DNA of 64,000 nucleotides. Origin: an uncultured Actinomycetes bacterium (GTDB lineage Bacteria > Actinomycetota > Thermoleophilia > UBA2241). This document shows, one piece after another, positions 1 to 8,835 of this stretch. The notes beneath the pieces were generated by a model. It saw nothing but the letters and a program-made list of their open reading frames with translations, was not told the origin of the DNA and did not search any database. Both the position numbers and the translations under genes were made by a program. Position 1 is the stretch's first letter; the number at the start of each line of letters is the position of its first letter. The DNA is taken from NCBI GenBank assembly GCA_963751565.1, contig CAVVVA010000005.1:772197-836196 (forward strand). The letters are read 5' to 3'.

Positions 1-60
1 GCCGACTGCCGCCTGTGCCGCGCGCTGTTCGAAGAAGAAGGCTTCACGCTGCCCGACTGA
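1..60 (+). CDS. 3' end of an upstream gene (partial, enters from window start)
   Basis: Open frame 1..57 (..ADCRLCRALFEEEGFTLPD) ending in TGA at 58-60. No start in window. Confidence 0.25.
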   Translation, partial: ADCRLCRALFEEEGFTLPD

Positions 61-92
61 GCGCGCGTCGGCGCCCGCGGCGAGCTCTGCCC

Positions 93-136
93 GGCGTTTG
101 CGGCGTTGGCGGCGTTGGCGGCGTTGGCGGCGTTGG
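93..136. repeat. (GGCGTT)n hexanucleotide microsatellite, 5 perfect tandem units (102-131) plus degenerate flanks
   Basis: Directly visible tandem GGCGTT repeats between two convergent gene ends. Confidence 0.8.
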
Positions 137-202
137 CGGAGCGCGAGGGCCAGCCGAGGCGGCCGGGGTCTCCCCAAGCCGACTCCAGGCCGGTTCGTCC
201 TC

Positions 203-1006
203 TCAAACCCGGATGTCGCGGCGCTCGAACAGGACGAGCGCCACCGCCAGGAGAGCGGCCGACGTGGCGAGCAGGACCGCCACCCCCACGGCGTCGAGAC
301 CCTGCCCAAGAGGCGCCGCGCCGCCCGAGTAATGAAACAGCGACAGAAAGCGATACGGCCGGATGGCGGAGTTCATCTGGGCCAAGGTGTTCAGCAGGTA
401 CATCGCCACCCCCACGCCGGCGCCGGCCGCGATGCCGACCTGTCGCTGCCCGGTGGCGCCGCCTACGGCGAAGGTCAGGCTGCCGACCGCCAGGCCGAGC
501 AGCGTCAGGCGCAGCAGCGCTTCCGCGAGCGTGCCCGCGGCCACCGGCGTCCCGGCGATTCTCGTGGCCACCAGCAGCGCCAGCCAGAAGGCCAGGCCGA
601 GGACGCCGACGATCACGATCATCGCGGCGTACTTCTGCAGCACGAGCCGGCGACGGCCGACCGTGTGGGCCAGCAGGAGGCTCAGCGTGCCGTTCTCTTC
701 CTCGCCGGCCAGGGCGCGGGCGGCGATCGAGACGGCGAAGGCGATGAACACGATGGGCGCGAGCCACGAGAGCAACTCCGTGTTCACGTAGCCGACCGGC
801 GACGAGAAGTCGCCGTGCGGCCCGAGGAAGGCGGCGCGCACCGCCGACGGCAGGCTGTCGATGTAGCCCTGCAGCTGACCGGCGCTGTGCCGGATGCTCG
901 GGTAGATCGAGATCAGCAGGGCTACATAGAAGGCCACGCCGATCGCCCACGTGACCAGGGGCCGCGCCTGATCGCGCAGGCTCTTGAAGAAGGCGTTACG
1001 CAACAT
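203..1006 (-). CDS. ABC-2 type transporter permease
   Basis: 267-aa polytopic membrane protein (6 hydrophobic segments). Start overlaps the stop of the upstream ATPase by 11 nt. Confidence 0.65.
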   Translation of the reverse strand: MLRNAFFKSLRDQARPLVTWAIGVAFYVALLISIYPSIRHSAGQLQGYIDSLPSAVRAAFLGPHGDFSSPVGYVNTELLSWLAPIVFIAFAVSIAARALAGEEENGTLSLLLAHTVGRRRLVLQKYAAMIVIVGVLGLAFWLALLVATRIAGTPVAAGTLAEALLRLTLLGLAVGSLTFAVGGATGQRQVGIAAGAGVGVAMYLLNTLAQMNSAIRPYRFLSLFHYSGGAAPLGQGLDAVGVAVLLATSAALLAVALVLFERRDIRV

Positions 1007-1913
1007 GGCCGCCTCCTGCGGTGTCGGCGTAGAAGGTCATGAAGACGTCCTCCAGGTCGGGCAGGCGGCTCGTCAAGTCGAGCACCGGGAACTGCCCTAT
1101 CTTCTTGATGGCCGCATCGAGTGGTCCGGCGACCGTGAGTCGCAGCGTGGTGGCGTCCTTGCCGTCGACGGAGACCTGCGTGACGCCGGGGACGCCCTCA
1201 AAAGCCGAGGGCGGGACCGCCGCGGCGAACACGACCTCGATCTCGCGCACCGCCCGGCCCGTGAGGCTCGAGACATCTTCGAGGGCGATCAACCCCCCCT
1301 CGCGAATGAAGGCCGCGCGGTCGCAGACGCGCTGCACCTCGGGCAGCACGTGGGAGGAGAGAAAGACGGTCTGTCCCGCGTCGCGCGCCTCGTCGATGAG
1401 AGCGTAGAACTCGTGCTGCACGAGCGGGTCGAGGCCCGACGTCGGCTCGTCCAGGATGAGCAGCTCGGGGCGGTGCATGAAGGCCGAGATGAGGCCGAGC
1501 TTGCGTTTGTTGCCGCTCGACAGGTCGGCCACCTTCTTGTCGAGGTCGCAGTCGAGCCGCTCGCTGAGCTCGTCCACCTGGCGCCACTCGACGCCGCCGC
1601 GCAGGTTGGCGAGGTAGCGCAGCGTCTCGCGTCCGGTGAGCGTGGGATAGAGGCTGAGCTCGCCCGGCAGGTAGCCACAACGCGCCTGGATCGCCAGGGT
1701 GTCGCGGTGGCTGTCACGGCCCAGGACGAGCGCCCGGCCGGCCGTCGGCCGGATGAGGTCGAGCAACACGCGGATCGTGGTCGTCTTGCCCGCTCCGTTG
1801 GGGCCCAGGAAGCCGAAGACCTCGCCCGGCCGGACCTCGAGGTCGAGCGCCACGATGCCGCGACTCCTGCCGTAGTTCTTGGTCAGCTTCTCGGTGAGGA
1901 TCGCGGCCGTCAT
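996..1913 (-). CDS. ABC transporter ATP-binding protein
   Basis: Walker A GPNGAGKTT, ABC signature LSSGNKRKLG, Walker B LLILDEPTSGLD, H-loop SSH. Confidence 0.9.
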   Translation of the reverse strand: MTAAILTEKLTKNYGRSRGIVALDLEVRPGEVFGFLGPNGAGKTTTIRVLLDLIRPTAGRALVLGRDSHRDTLAIQARCGYLPGELSLYPTLTGRETLRYLANLRGGVEWRQVDELSERLDCDLDKKVADLSSGNKRKLGLISAFMHRPELLILDEPTSGLDPLVQHEFYALIDEARDAGQTVFLSSHVLPEVQRVCDRAAFIREGGLIALEDVSSLTGRAVREIEVVFAAAVPPSAFEGVPGVTQVSVDGKDATTLRLTVAGPLDAAIKKIGQFPVLDLTSRLPDLEDVFMTFYADTAGGGHVA

Positions 1914-1935
1914 CGTTCTCCTTCCGGGACCGGTC

Positions 1936-2625
1936 TCACCGGCCGTACCACTGGCTCAAGATCGCCCGGTCGACTACCGTGAGTGACCCCTCAGGCAGAC
2001 CCAGAAGCCGCTCGAAGGCTTCGCCGTAAGCGGCGAGCGTTCGCTCGACCACTGCCGGCGAAACCTGGTCGGCCTGGCGGGCCACATACAGCTCGACCGC
2101 CGTCTCGTTGGCTCCCTGGATGAGCGACGAAAGAACGCGCGCCACATCATCGTCGCCGGCGCGCGCCGTGAACAGGCCCTCGTCTCTGCCCTGGCGCACG
2201 ATCGCGGCCAGCAGCGGCGCGAGGCGCATCGCCATGCCCCGCCGGACCTTGTCGCGCACGATCGCGTTCTCGTCCGAGAGCCAGACCGAAAGGAGCGCCG
2301 ACACGAGCTCCGTGCGCTGCGCCTTCCAGCGGGCGAGGCCGGCGAAGACGCCCTCGAGCTTCTCGAGGGCGGGCAGATTGGGATCGGCCACGAGCGGCGC
2401 CAGGGTCGCCGCGGCGCCGTCCACCATGCGCTCCACGACGGCTTCGAGGAGGGCCCCTTTCGAGTCGAAGTAGTGGTAGAAGGCGCCTCTCGAGGCCCCG
2501 AGCTCGTCCAGGACGTCCTGGACGCTCATCTGCTCATAGCCCTTCGCCTGAATATGGCGCTGCGCGACGTCGACGAAGCTCTCTCGTCGAAGGGCATGAG
2601 CCTCAAGGTCGAGCGTACGCGACAT
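1936..2625 (-). CDS. TetR/AcrR family transcriptional regulator
   Basis: N-terminal HTH (MSVQDVLDELGASRGAFYHYFDSKGALL). ATG at 2625 preceded by GAGG 4 nt upstream. ORF track offers a longer alternative start at 2691. Confidence 0.8.
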   Translation of the reverse strand: MSRTLDLEAHALRRESFVDVAQRHIQAKGYEQMSVQDVLDELGASRGAFYHYFDSKGALLEAVVERMVDGAAATLAPLVADPNLPALEKLEGVFAGLARWKAQRTELVSALLSVWLSDENAIVRDKVRRGMAMRLAPLLAAIVRQGRDEGLFTARAGDDDVARVLSSLIQGANETAVELYVARQADQVSPAVVERTLAAYGEAFERLLGLPEGSLTVVDRAILSQWYGR

Positions 2626-2644
2626 GTGACCTCGTCTGGAACAT

Positions 2645-2661
2645 AGACCGACTGTCGGTCT
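2645..2661. promoter_or_regulatory. Perfect 17-bp palindrome AGACCGAC-T-GTCGGTCT, candidate TetR operator
   Basis: Inverted repeat read directly from sequence. Lies 20 nt upstream of the tetR start in the divergent tetR / cysH intergenic region. Confidence 0.55.
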
Positions 2662-2722
2662 AATAATACACCCTGCGTCTCGCGCGCTCATCCGTGCGCC
2701 TGTGACTATAAGGAATCCTCAT

Positions 2723-2751
2723 TTGCTTCATAAGATTGGTCGCTTTACACT
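2723..2751 (+). promoter_or_regulatory. Sigma-70-like promoter (TTGCTT - 17 nt - TACACT) for cysH-tauE
   Basis: -35 and -10 hexamers with 17-nt spacer in a locally AT-richer stretch, about 60 nt upstream of the cysH ATG. Confidence 0.4.
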
Positions 2752-2810
2752 GCCGCGATCAGGTAAACCGGCCGCCGGGTCGCCGGGAACTTCAGCAGCG
2801 AGGAGCAGAG

Positions 2811-3527
2811 ATGAACGTCGCCACGACGCCCGAGGAGATTCACCACCTCGTGAACGAGCTGAACTTCGCGCAGAAGGTCGAGCGCTCGCTCGACCTGATC
2901 CGCGACGCCTACCACGAGCACGGCGACGGGCTGGTCGTGGCCAACAGCCTCGGCAAGGACTCCGTGGCGGTCTGGGACCTCGCCAAGCGGGTCAGTCCCG
3001 GCATTCGGGCCTTCGTCGTCACTACCCGGTACAAGCCCGCGGCGACCAGGCAGTTCATGGTCGAGACGGTGGCCCGATACCCGGAGACGCGCGTCTTCGC
3101 CAACGACGTCGAGATCCCCGAGGGGCTGTACGCGAGCGATCCCGACCAGTGCTGCGACCTGCTCAAGGTGCAGCCGGTGCGCCGGGCGATCGAGGAGATG
3201 GGCGTGACCTGCTGGGTGACCGGCCTGCGCTGCACCGAAGGCCGCACGCGCACCGACTATCTCGAGCTCGAGGAGCGCGACGAAGGGCTGCTCAAGCTCA
3301 ATCCGATCCTCCCCTGGCACGAGCGCGAGGTGTGGCAGTACATCGCCCTCTACCAGGTGCCCGTCAATCCCCTCTACGCGAAAGGCTACCGGTCGCTGGG
3401 TTGCGAGCCCTGCACGCGCATAACGACCGGGGCCAACGAACGCGACGGACGCTGGATCGGCACGAGCAAATGCGGCGGGGAATGCGGCATCCACACCCGT
3501 CCGCTGAAGGCCTCCGTCACGGCATGA
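2811..3527 (+). CDS. cysH: Adenylyl-sulfate / phosphoadenylyl-sulfate reductase (thioredoxin-dependent; APS-reductase-type with CC...CxxC Fe-S motif)
   Basis: PAPS_reduct fold, C-terminal KCGGECGIH catalytic motif. Cys pairs DQCCD and CEPC typical of Fe-S-containing APS reductases. GAGGAG RBS 6 nt before ATG 2811. Confidence 0.85.
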   Translation: MNVATTPEEIHHLVNELNFAQKVERSLDLIRDAYHEHGDGLVVANSLGKDSVAVWDLAKRVSPGIRAFVVTTRYKPAATRQFMVETVARYPETRVFANDVEIPEGLYASDPDQCCDLLKVQPVRRAIEEMGVTCWVTGLRCTEGRTRTDYLELEERDEGLLKLNPILPWHEREVWQYIALYQVPVNPLYAKGYRSLGCEPCTRITTGANERDGRWIGTSKCGGECGIHTRPLKASVTA

Positions 3528-4501
3528 GCGCGACGCCGGGACTGCCGGCGCAGGCGCCCGTGACGCCCGTGGCGCCCGAGGCGCCCGGTGCGCCGGCAGT
3601 CGTCTCACCGCCATCGTGGGCACGGCCCGCGGTGTCGTTCGCAAAGCGCCACGTCTGGTGGGTGGCCGGCGCGGCCTGGGCCGTGGCGTCCGTGGTGGTC
3701 TACGGTCTCGCCGGCGCTCACCTCAATCCGTACCTCTCCCTGACCGGGTTGCTGATCGGCTTTCTGGTCGGCCTGACAGGCATGGGCGGCGGGGCTCTGA
3801 TGACCCCGATCCTGGTCTTCTTCTTCGGGTTCAAGCCCACGCTCGCGGTGGGCACCGACGTGACCTACGGAGCGATCACCAAGACGTTCGGCGCATGGCG
3901 GCACTGGCGCCTCGGATCGGTGGACCTCCCGCTCGTCCTGTACCTGGCGCTGGGCAGCGTGCCGAGCACCCTGGTCGGCGTGGGCCTGGTCCACTACCTG
4001 CAGACCAACTACGGCGCCCAGCTCGACTCGATCCTGTACCGGGCGATCGGCGTCGCGCTCGTGATCGTGGGGGTGACGCTCGTGGCGCGCTCGGTCGTAA
4101 GGGTCGACGCGACTCATCGCCGCGAGAACATCGCGCTCTCGACACGCCGCAAGGTCTTCACCGTGATGCTCGGCGCGGCGACGGGTTTCGTCGTAGGCCT
4201 TACTTCGGTCGGCAGCGGGACCTTCCTCGGCATGTTCCTGCTGACCGCGTATCCGCTGGCGACCAGCCGGGTCGTGGGCACCGACGTCTTCCAGGCGGCG
4301 ATCCTTCTGTACGCGACGGCGATAGCGCAGGCCAGCATCGGCAACGTCAACCTGTGGATGGTGGCCGCTCTGCTCGTCGGCTCGATCCCCGGCATCATCG
4401 CCGGGTCGCACCTGACGATCCGCACGCCTACCCGCGCGCTGCGTCTGTGCCTCGCCGCGGTGCTCTTGGTGAGCGGCTTCGTGATGTACGGAAAGGCGTA
4501 G
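3524..4501 (+). CDS. TauE/SafE family sulfite exporter / anion permease
   Basis: About 8 TM helices, duplicated GxGGG-containing halves (LTGMGGGALMTP). ATGA overlap with the cysH stop gives translational coupling. Confidence 0.7.
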   Translation: MSATPGLPAQAPVTPVAPEAPGAPAVVSPPSWARPAVSFAKRHVWWVAGAAWAVASVVVYGLAGAHLNPYLSLTGLLIGFLVGLTGMGGGALMTPILVFFFGFKPTLAVGTDVTYGAITKTFGAWRHWRLGSVDLPLVLYLALGSVPSTLVGVGLVHYLQTNYGAQLDSILYRAIGVALVIVGVTLVARSVVRVDATHRRENIALSTRRKVFTVMLGAATGFVVGLTSVGSGTFLGMFLLTAYPLATSRVVGTDVFQAAILLYATAIAQASIGNVNLWMVAALLVGSIPGIIAGSHLTIRTPTRALRLCLAAVLLVSGFVMYGKA

Positions 4502-4522
4502 CGAGCAGCGCAGCTCTGTGCT

Positions 4523-5185
4523 TCACGCCCGAGCCCAGAGCGCCAGCGCGGGCGCCGCCCGGCGCAAAGCCCGCCAGGCCTCGAAGCCGCCGGCGAGGGT
4601 GGAGAGCGGCCGCCAGATCTCGCGCGCCGGCGTGTCGAGCACGACGCGCAGAACGGCAAACGGCCTTCCCGCCGCCGCCGGCGCCAACCACGCCGACTCC
4701 ATGTCGACGCCCACAACGCCCTCGCCGGCCAGCACCGCGCGCCGCGCGCCGTAGACGAGATGGTCGACAGACGCCATGGGCCCGACGTGCACGCGCTCTA
4801 TCCCCAGCGCCGCGAGTGCCGCAACGACCGGTCCACTCTCGCAACTGACGATGCCCTCTGGCCCGCGCACCTCGCTGGCGACCACCACATCGCCGGCACG
4901 CAGACCCCCGCCGACCGCGCCGCAGAACCCGGCGACCGCGACCGCAGCGGCCGGGATGCGCGCGGCCACCAACGCCGCAGCCCGGGCTCGAGCGGCGCCC
5001 ATGCCGGAGCGCAGCACCAGCGCTTCGGGAAGACCGCGCCGCACGGCGGCGCGCTCGATCCGCAGCGGTGCGATGACGAGCAGGCGAGCGTGCCGGGTGT
5101 TCACGTCAGATGCGGTCGAGCCGGAAGCGAGGCTGGTCACGTGAGATACGGTCGAGCCGGAAGGGAGGCTGGAACGGACGATCAT
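4523..5185 (-). CDS. Nucleoside phosphorylase-I family nucleosidase (MTA/SAH nucleosidase or futalosine hydrolase-like)
   Basis: LLVIAPL...GMG...GFCGAV...VGVDMESAW motifs of the PNP_UDP_1 / MTAN fold. ATG at 5185 overlaps the addA stop (ATGA). An alternative GTG start lies near 5104. Confidence 0.55.
   Translation of the reverse strand: MIVRSSLPSGSTVSHVTSLASGSTASDVNTRHARLLVIAPLRIERAAVRRGLPEALVLRSGMGAARARAAALVAARIPAAAVAVAGFCGAVGGGLRAGDVVVASEVRGPEGIVSCESGPVVAALAALGIERVHVGPMASVDHLVYGARRAVLAGEGVVGVDMESAWLAPAAAGRPFAVLRVVLDTPAREIWRPLSTLAGGFEAWRALRRAAPALALWARA
5102..5173. repeat. 36-nt tandem direct repeat (2 units, 4 mismatches)
   Basis: cacgtcagatgcggtcgagccggaagcgaggctggt / cacgtgagatacggtcgagccggaagggaggctgga, at the addA / nucleosidase junction. 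Confidence 0.8.
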
Positions 5186-8100
5186 TCGTCGGTCAGCTGG
5201 TCGGCGCGAACGGCGCGGCCGGCGCCGGTCGCCGCGTCGACCTCCCGGTGAGCGACGTCGCGCAGAGCGTCGTCTACGGAGACGCTCACGGCAAGGCCGT
5301 CGGCCCTCGCGGCGACGAAGACCACTTCGCGCACGACGGCGCCGGTGGCGGCTTCGACGGCGACCGCGTAAGCGGCGCCCTGCGGCGCGTAGCGCTCGCG
5401 CAACACGCCGCCGTCGGCGCCGCGGTCGGTCTTGTAGTCGACGACCACCCACTCCTGCCCGTCGCGATACAGCAGGTCGACGGCGCCGCTCACGACGATG
5501 TCGTCGACGAGCGCCCCGATGGGCAGCTCGCGGTGGACGGCGGTGGGATCGGCGGCTGCCGCGGCGGCGGCGGCGCGGACCGGCGCCGCGCGCCAGCAGG
5601 CGCCGGCGAGCGCCGCCGCTTCGTCGGCCAGGTCGGGACGCCCCAGCTCGCGCGCCGCGCCCTCGGCGAGACGCGCGATCGACGTCTCGTCGTGCAGATC
5701 GCACAGCTCCATGACGCGGTGGACTGCCGACCCGAGCGCCAGCGCGCGGGCCCGGCCGGGCGGCGCGCCCGGCCCGCCGGCGCGGACCTGGTCGTCGACG
5801 TGCTCGAGGCCGCTCGGGCTGGTGGCTCGCGCGGGACGCGCGGCGCGCGTCAGCAGCTCGGACCGCGCGGCGATCCAGGCGTCGCGGGCCGCGACCATGG
5901 TCGCGGCGTCCGGCGTCGCGTCGTGGCGAACGTCGCTCAGCGGCGGCTCGGTCGGAGGAAGCACCAGCACATCGCCGGCGTCGTACTCCTCGGTGATGAC
6001 GGCCGCCGCCGGGACGGCGCCGGCGATGGGCGCCAGAAGTGCGCCGGCAGGGCCGCCGGCGATGGGCCCGAGCACGGCGCCCGCGGCAATCTCGTCCGAC
6101 GACGTGGTCAGCCTGCCGAAGTTCGTCACTATGAGACGGTCGCGGGCCCTCGTGGCGGCGACGTAGAGCAGCCGCCGCATCTCGCTTTCGCCCATGACCT
6201 TCTCGCGCTCCTTGAGCTCCAGGTACCGCTGCGGCTCGAGATCGCGCGCGACCGCCCCGGGCAGCTCGGCCTTGAGCTTGATGGCAAGGCGACGGTTGTC
6301 GCGGTCGACGATCGGCTCGCCGCCTGCCCTGCCTCCGCTCGATCGCGCCCCACCGACGAGCACGACGACGGGGAACTCGAGGCCCTTGGCCTTGTGGATG
6401 GTGAGCAGATGGACCACGTCCGCGTCATCGTCGACCTGCGACTCCTGCTCGCCGGCGGCGTCGCCGGCCTCGGCGGCCCACGCCAGGAAGGCGCCGAGGC
6501 CGCCTCCGCCGGCGTCCACGAAGGCTCGCGCGCGCTCGATGAGCTTCTCGAGGTTGGCGATCGCCTGGGACGCCCCGGAGCCGGTCGCGGCCAGGAGCTC
6601 CGGAGCGTGGGTGAGACGCGCCAGCTCGGCGAGCAGCTCGTGGGGTTCGCTGTCGGCGCGACGCGCATGCAGGTCGCGCAGAACGCCGAAGGCGGCGGCG
6701 ATCGCGTCGTGACCGGCCGGCCGCGCCGCGGCGAACAGATCAAAGCGTCCACCCGCGGCCCAGAACAGGAACAGGTCGTCGTCGCTGAAGCCGAACAGCG
6801 ACGAGTGCAGGGCGCCGTACAGGGCCGGACCGTCGCTGGGGTCGTCCACCGCCCGCAGGCAGAGCAGGGCGTCGTCGACCTCGCGACGCTTGAAATAGGC
6901 CTTGCCGCCCTCTACCCGGTAGGGCACCCCGGCCTCGCGCAGCGCCTGTTCGTAGGTCTCCAGGCCGGTGGTCGCGCGGAACAGCAGGGCGACGTCGCCC
7001 CAGCGGAGCGGGCGCAGACGTTCGGAGTCGCCGGCCGCGTCGCGGTCACCGGCCTGCGCACGCTCAGGCGCATCGCGGTCCTGGACCTGCCAGCGCTCGG
7101 CGTCGTCGCCGTGCATGCGGGCGAGCAACCCGGCCACCGCGCGCGCCTCGTCGCGACGGGCGGCGTCGGCCTCGCCGGCTTCGCTGCCATAGGGCCGTCC
7201 GAGCAGGACGGAGACTCTTCGCCCGCCGGCCGGCGGGCGCCACGCTGCGACGCGCATGTAGCCAGGCTGGCGGCCTTCCTCCTGGTCGTCCTGAAACACA
7301 CGGGAGAAGACAGGGTTGACCCAGTCGACCAGGCTGGGTGTCGTGCGGAAGTTCTGCCAGATGTTGAGAACGACCCCCGTGTCTTTGGGCTGCCCGAGGA
7401 TGCGTCCCTTCACTTGGTCGTACAGCGCGATGTCGGCGCGGCGGAAGCGGTAGATGGACTGCTTCGGGTCGCCTACGACGAACAGCTTGCCGGGCTTGAG
7501 GACGGCTTCGTGCCAGTCAACGCGCCAGAGGTTCGCGCTCGCTCAGGAAGAAGACGATCTCGGACTGCAGCGGGTCGGTGTCCTGGAACTCGTCGACCAG
7601 CAGGTAGTCGAACCGAGCCTGCAGTGCGCGCCGCGCGTCGCGGTCGTCACGCGAGCAGATCGCGCAGGCGGCCGAGGAGGTCGGTGAAGTCGAGCCGGCC
7701 CTCCTTGAGCTGCTCGGCGCCGGCCCAGCGCGAGAACGAGTCGGCGACGGCCACGGCAAGACCGGTCAGGTACGCGGCGTATCGCTCGCGCGGGGCGGCG
7801 ATCGCCGCGACGAGGGCCTGATAGCGCACCTGCAGCTCCTCTTTGCCGCCCCGGGTCGCGTCCCAGTTTCCCTTGGCGCCGCCGGGCGCCGTCTTGTTGG
7901 TCTTCGTGGGAAGGTCGAAGAGCGCCGCCGCGAGCTGGTCGAGGTCGCGGACGCCGAACGACTCGTCGAGGAGTTCCGTACAGGCATCGACGAGCTTGAC
8001 GGCGGCGACGTAGCCGTTGTCGTCTGGATTGAGACAGGCCTTGACACAGAAGTCGCGCAGGCGGCGGAGCGGCTCGGTGAGCTCCGGCAGGTCGGCGGCA

Positions 8101-8835
8101 AGGTCGGGCGCGTCCGTGGGTCGCCCAACGGGATCGATGTCGTAGCGTTCGCCGAACACGCCCCGCGGACCGGCCGCCAGCCCACGCACGTCATCGAGCT
8201 TCACGCCGGCGCGCAGCAGGCGCGCGAGCCAGCGCCGCGCGTCGGCCTGGCCGACGTCGGACTGACTGGAGTCATCCCGGCGCGCACCGGCTTCACGCAC
8301 GTCGGCCCGGCCGTCGTCGGCTTCGTCCGCCTCGCCGCCGGCCAGCCCGGTCAGCCATTCGTCCCACAAGCGCCCGCGCTCGATCTCGGAGCCCAGCGCG
8401 TCGAGCTGCTCGAACGCCGGATCGACGCGGGCCTCGACCGGGAACTCGCGCAGCAGGCGAGCGGCAAAGCCGTGGATGGTGCCGATGGGGGCGTCGTCGA
8501 GCGCGTCGAGGGCGTCGAGGGCGGTCTGGATGGCAGTCGTGCCTTGAGGATCTTTGGGCGTGGCGACGCGTTGTTCGAGCTCCTCACGGATGCGTTGCCG
8601 CAGCTCGCCGGCAGCCTTTTCGGTGAAGGTGATCGCCGCCACCCGGCGCACGTCGCGAGCGGCGAACACGCAGTTGACGTACCTGTTGACGAGCACACTC
8701 GTCTTGCCGGTGCCGGCGCTGGCTTCGAGCAAGAAGGTGGTGCCGAGGTCGTCTTCAACCCTGGCGCGCTCTTTGTGATCGACGGCAACCCGTTTGGGCC
8801 GGTCCACGTCGCGGCCGTCGCGCTCAGGAGGCATC
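5182..8835 (-). pseudogene. addA: AddA/RexA-type UvrD-like helicase with C-terminal PD-(D/E)XK nuclease, split into 3 reading frames (7647-8835, 7517-7759, 5182-7516)
   Basis: Walker A EASAGTGKTS, motif II LLVDEFQDTD, motif VI VAATRARDRL, nuclease motif DLLYRD...VVDYKT. Frameshifts near 7650-7690 and near 7520. Either a genuine pseudogene or an indel error. Confidence 0.7.

Noticed and set aside
98-1042. Long plus-strand ORFs (98-1042, 106-747, 363-791) opposite the ABC permease
   Set aside because: Arg/Gly/Ala/Pro-rich low-complexity translations antisense to a well-supported membrane protein gene. Typical high-GC antisense ORF artefacts.
5110-7821. 903-aa plus-strand ORF and 9489-11669 (726 aa) / 9739-11574 (611 aa) plus-strand ORFs
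   Set aside because: Antisense to the addA/addB helicase-nuclease genes, which carry clear Walker, DExx and nuclease motifs. Translations are Arg/Ala/Gly-rich with no motifs.
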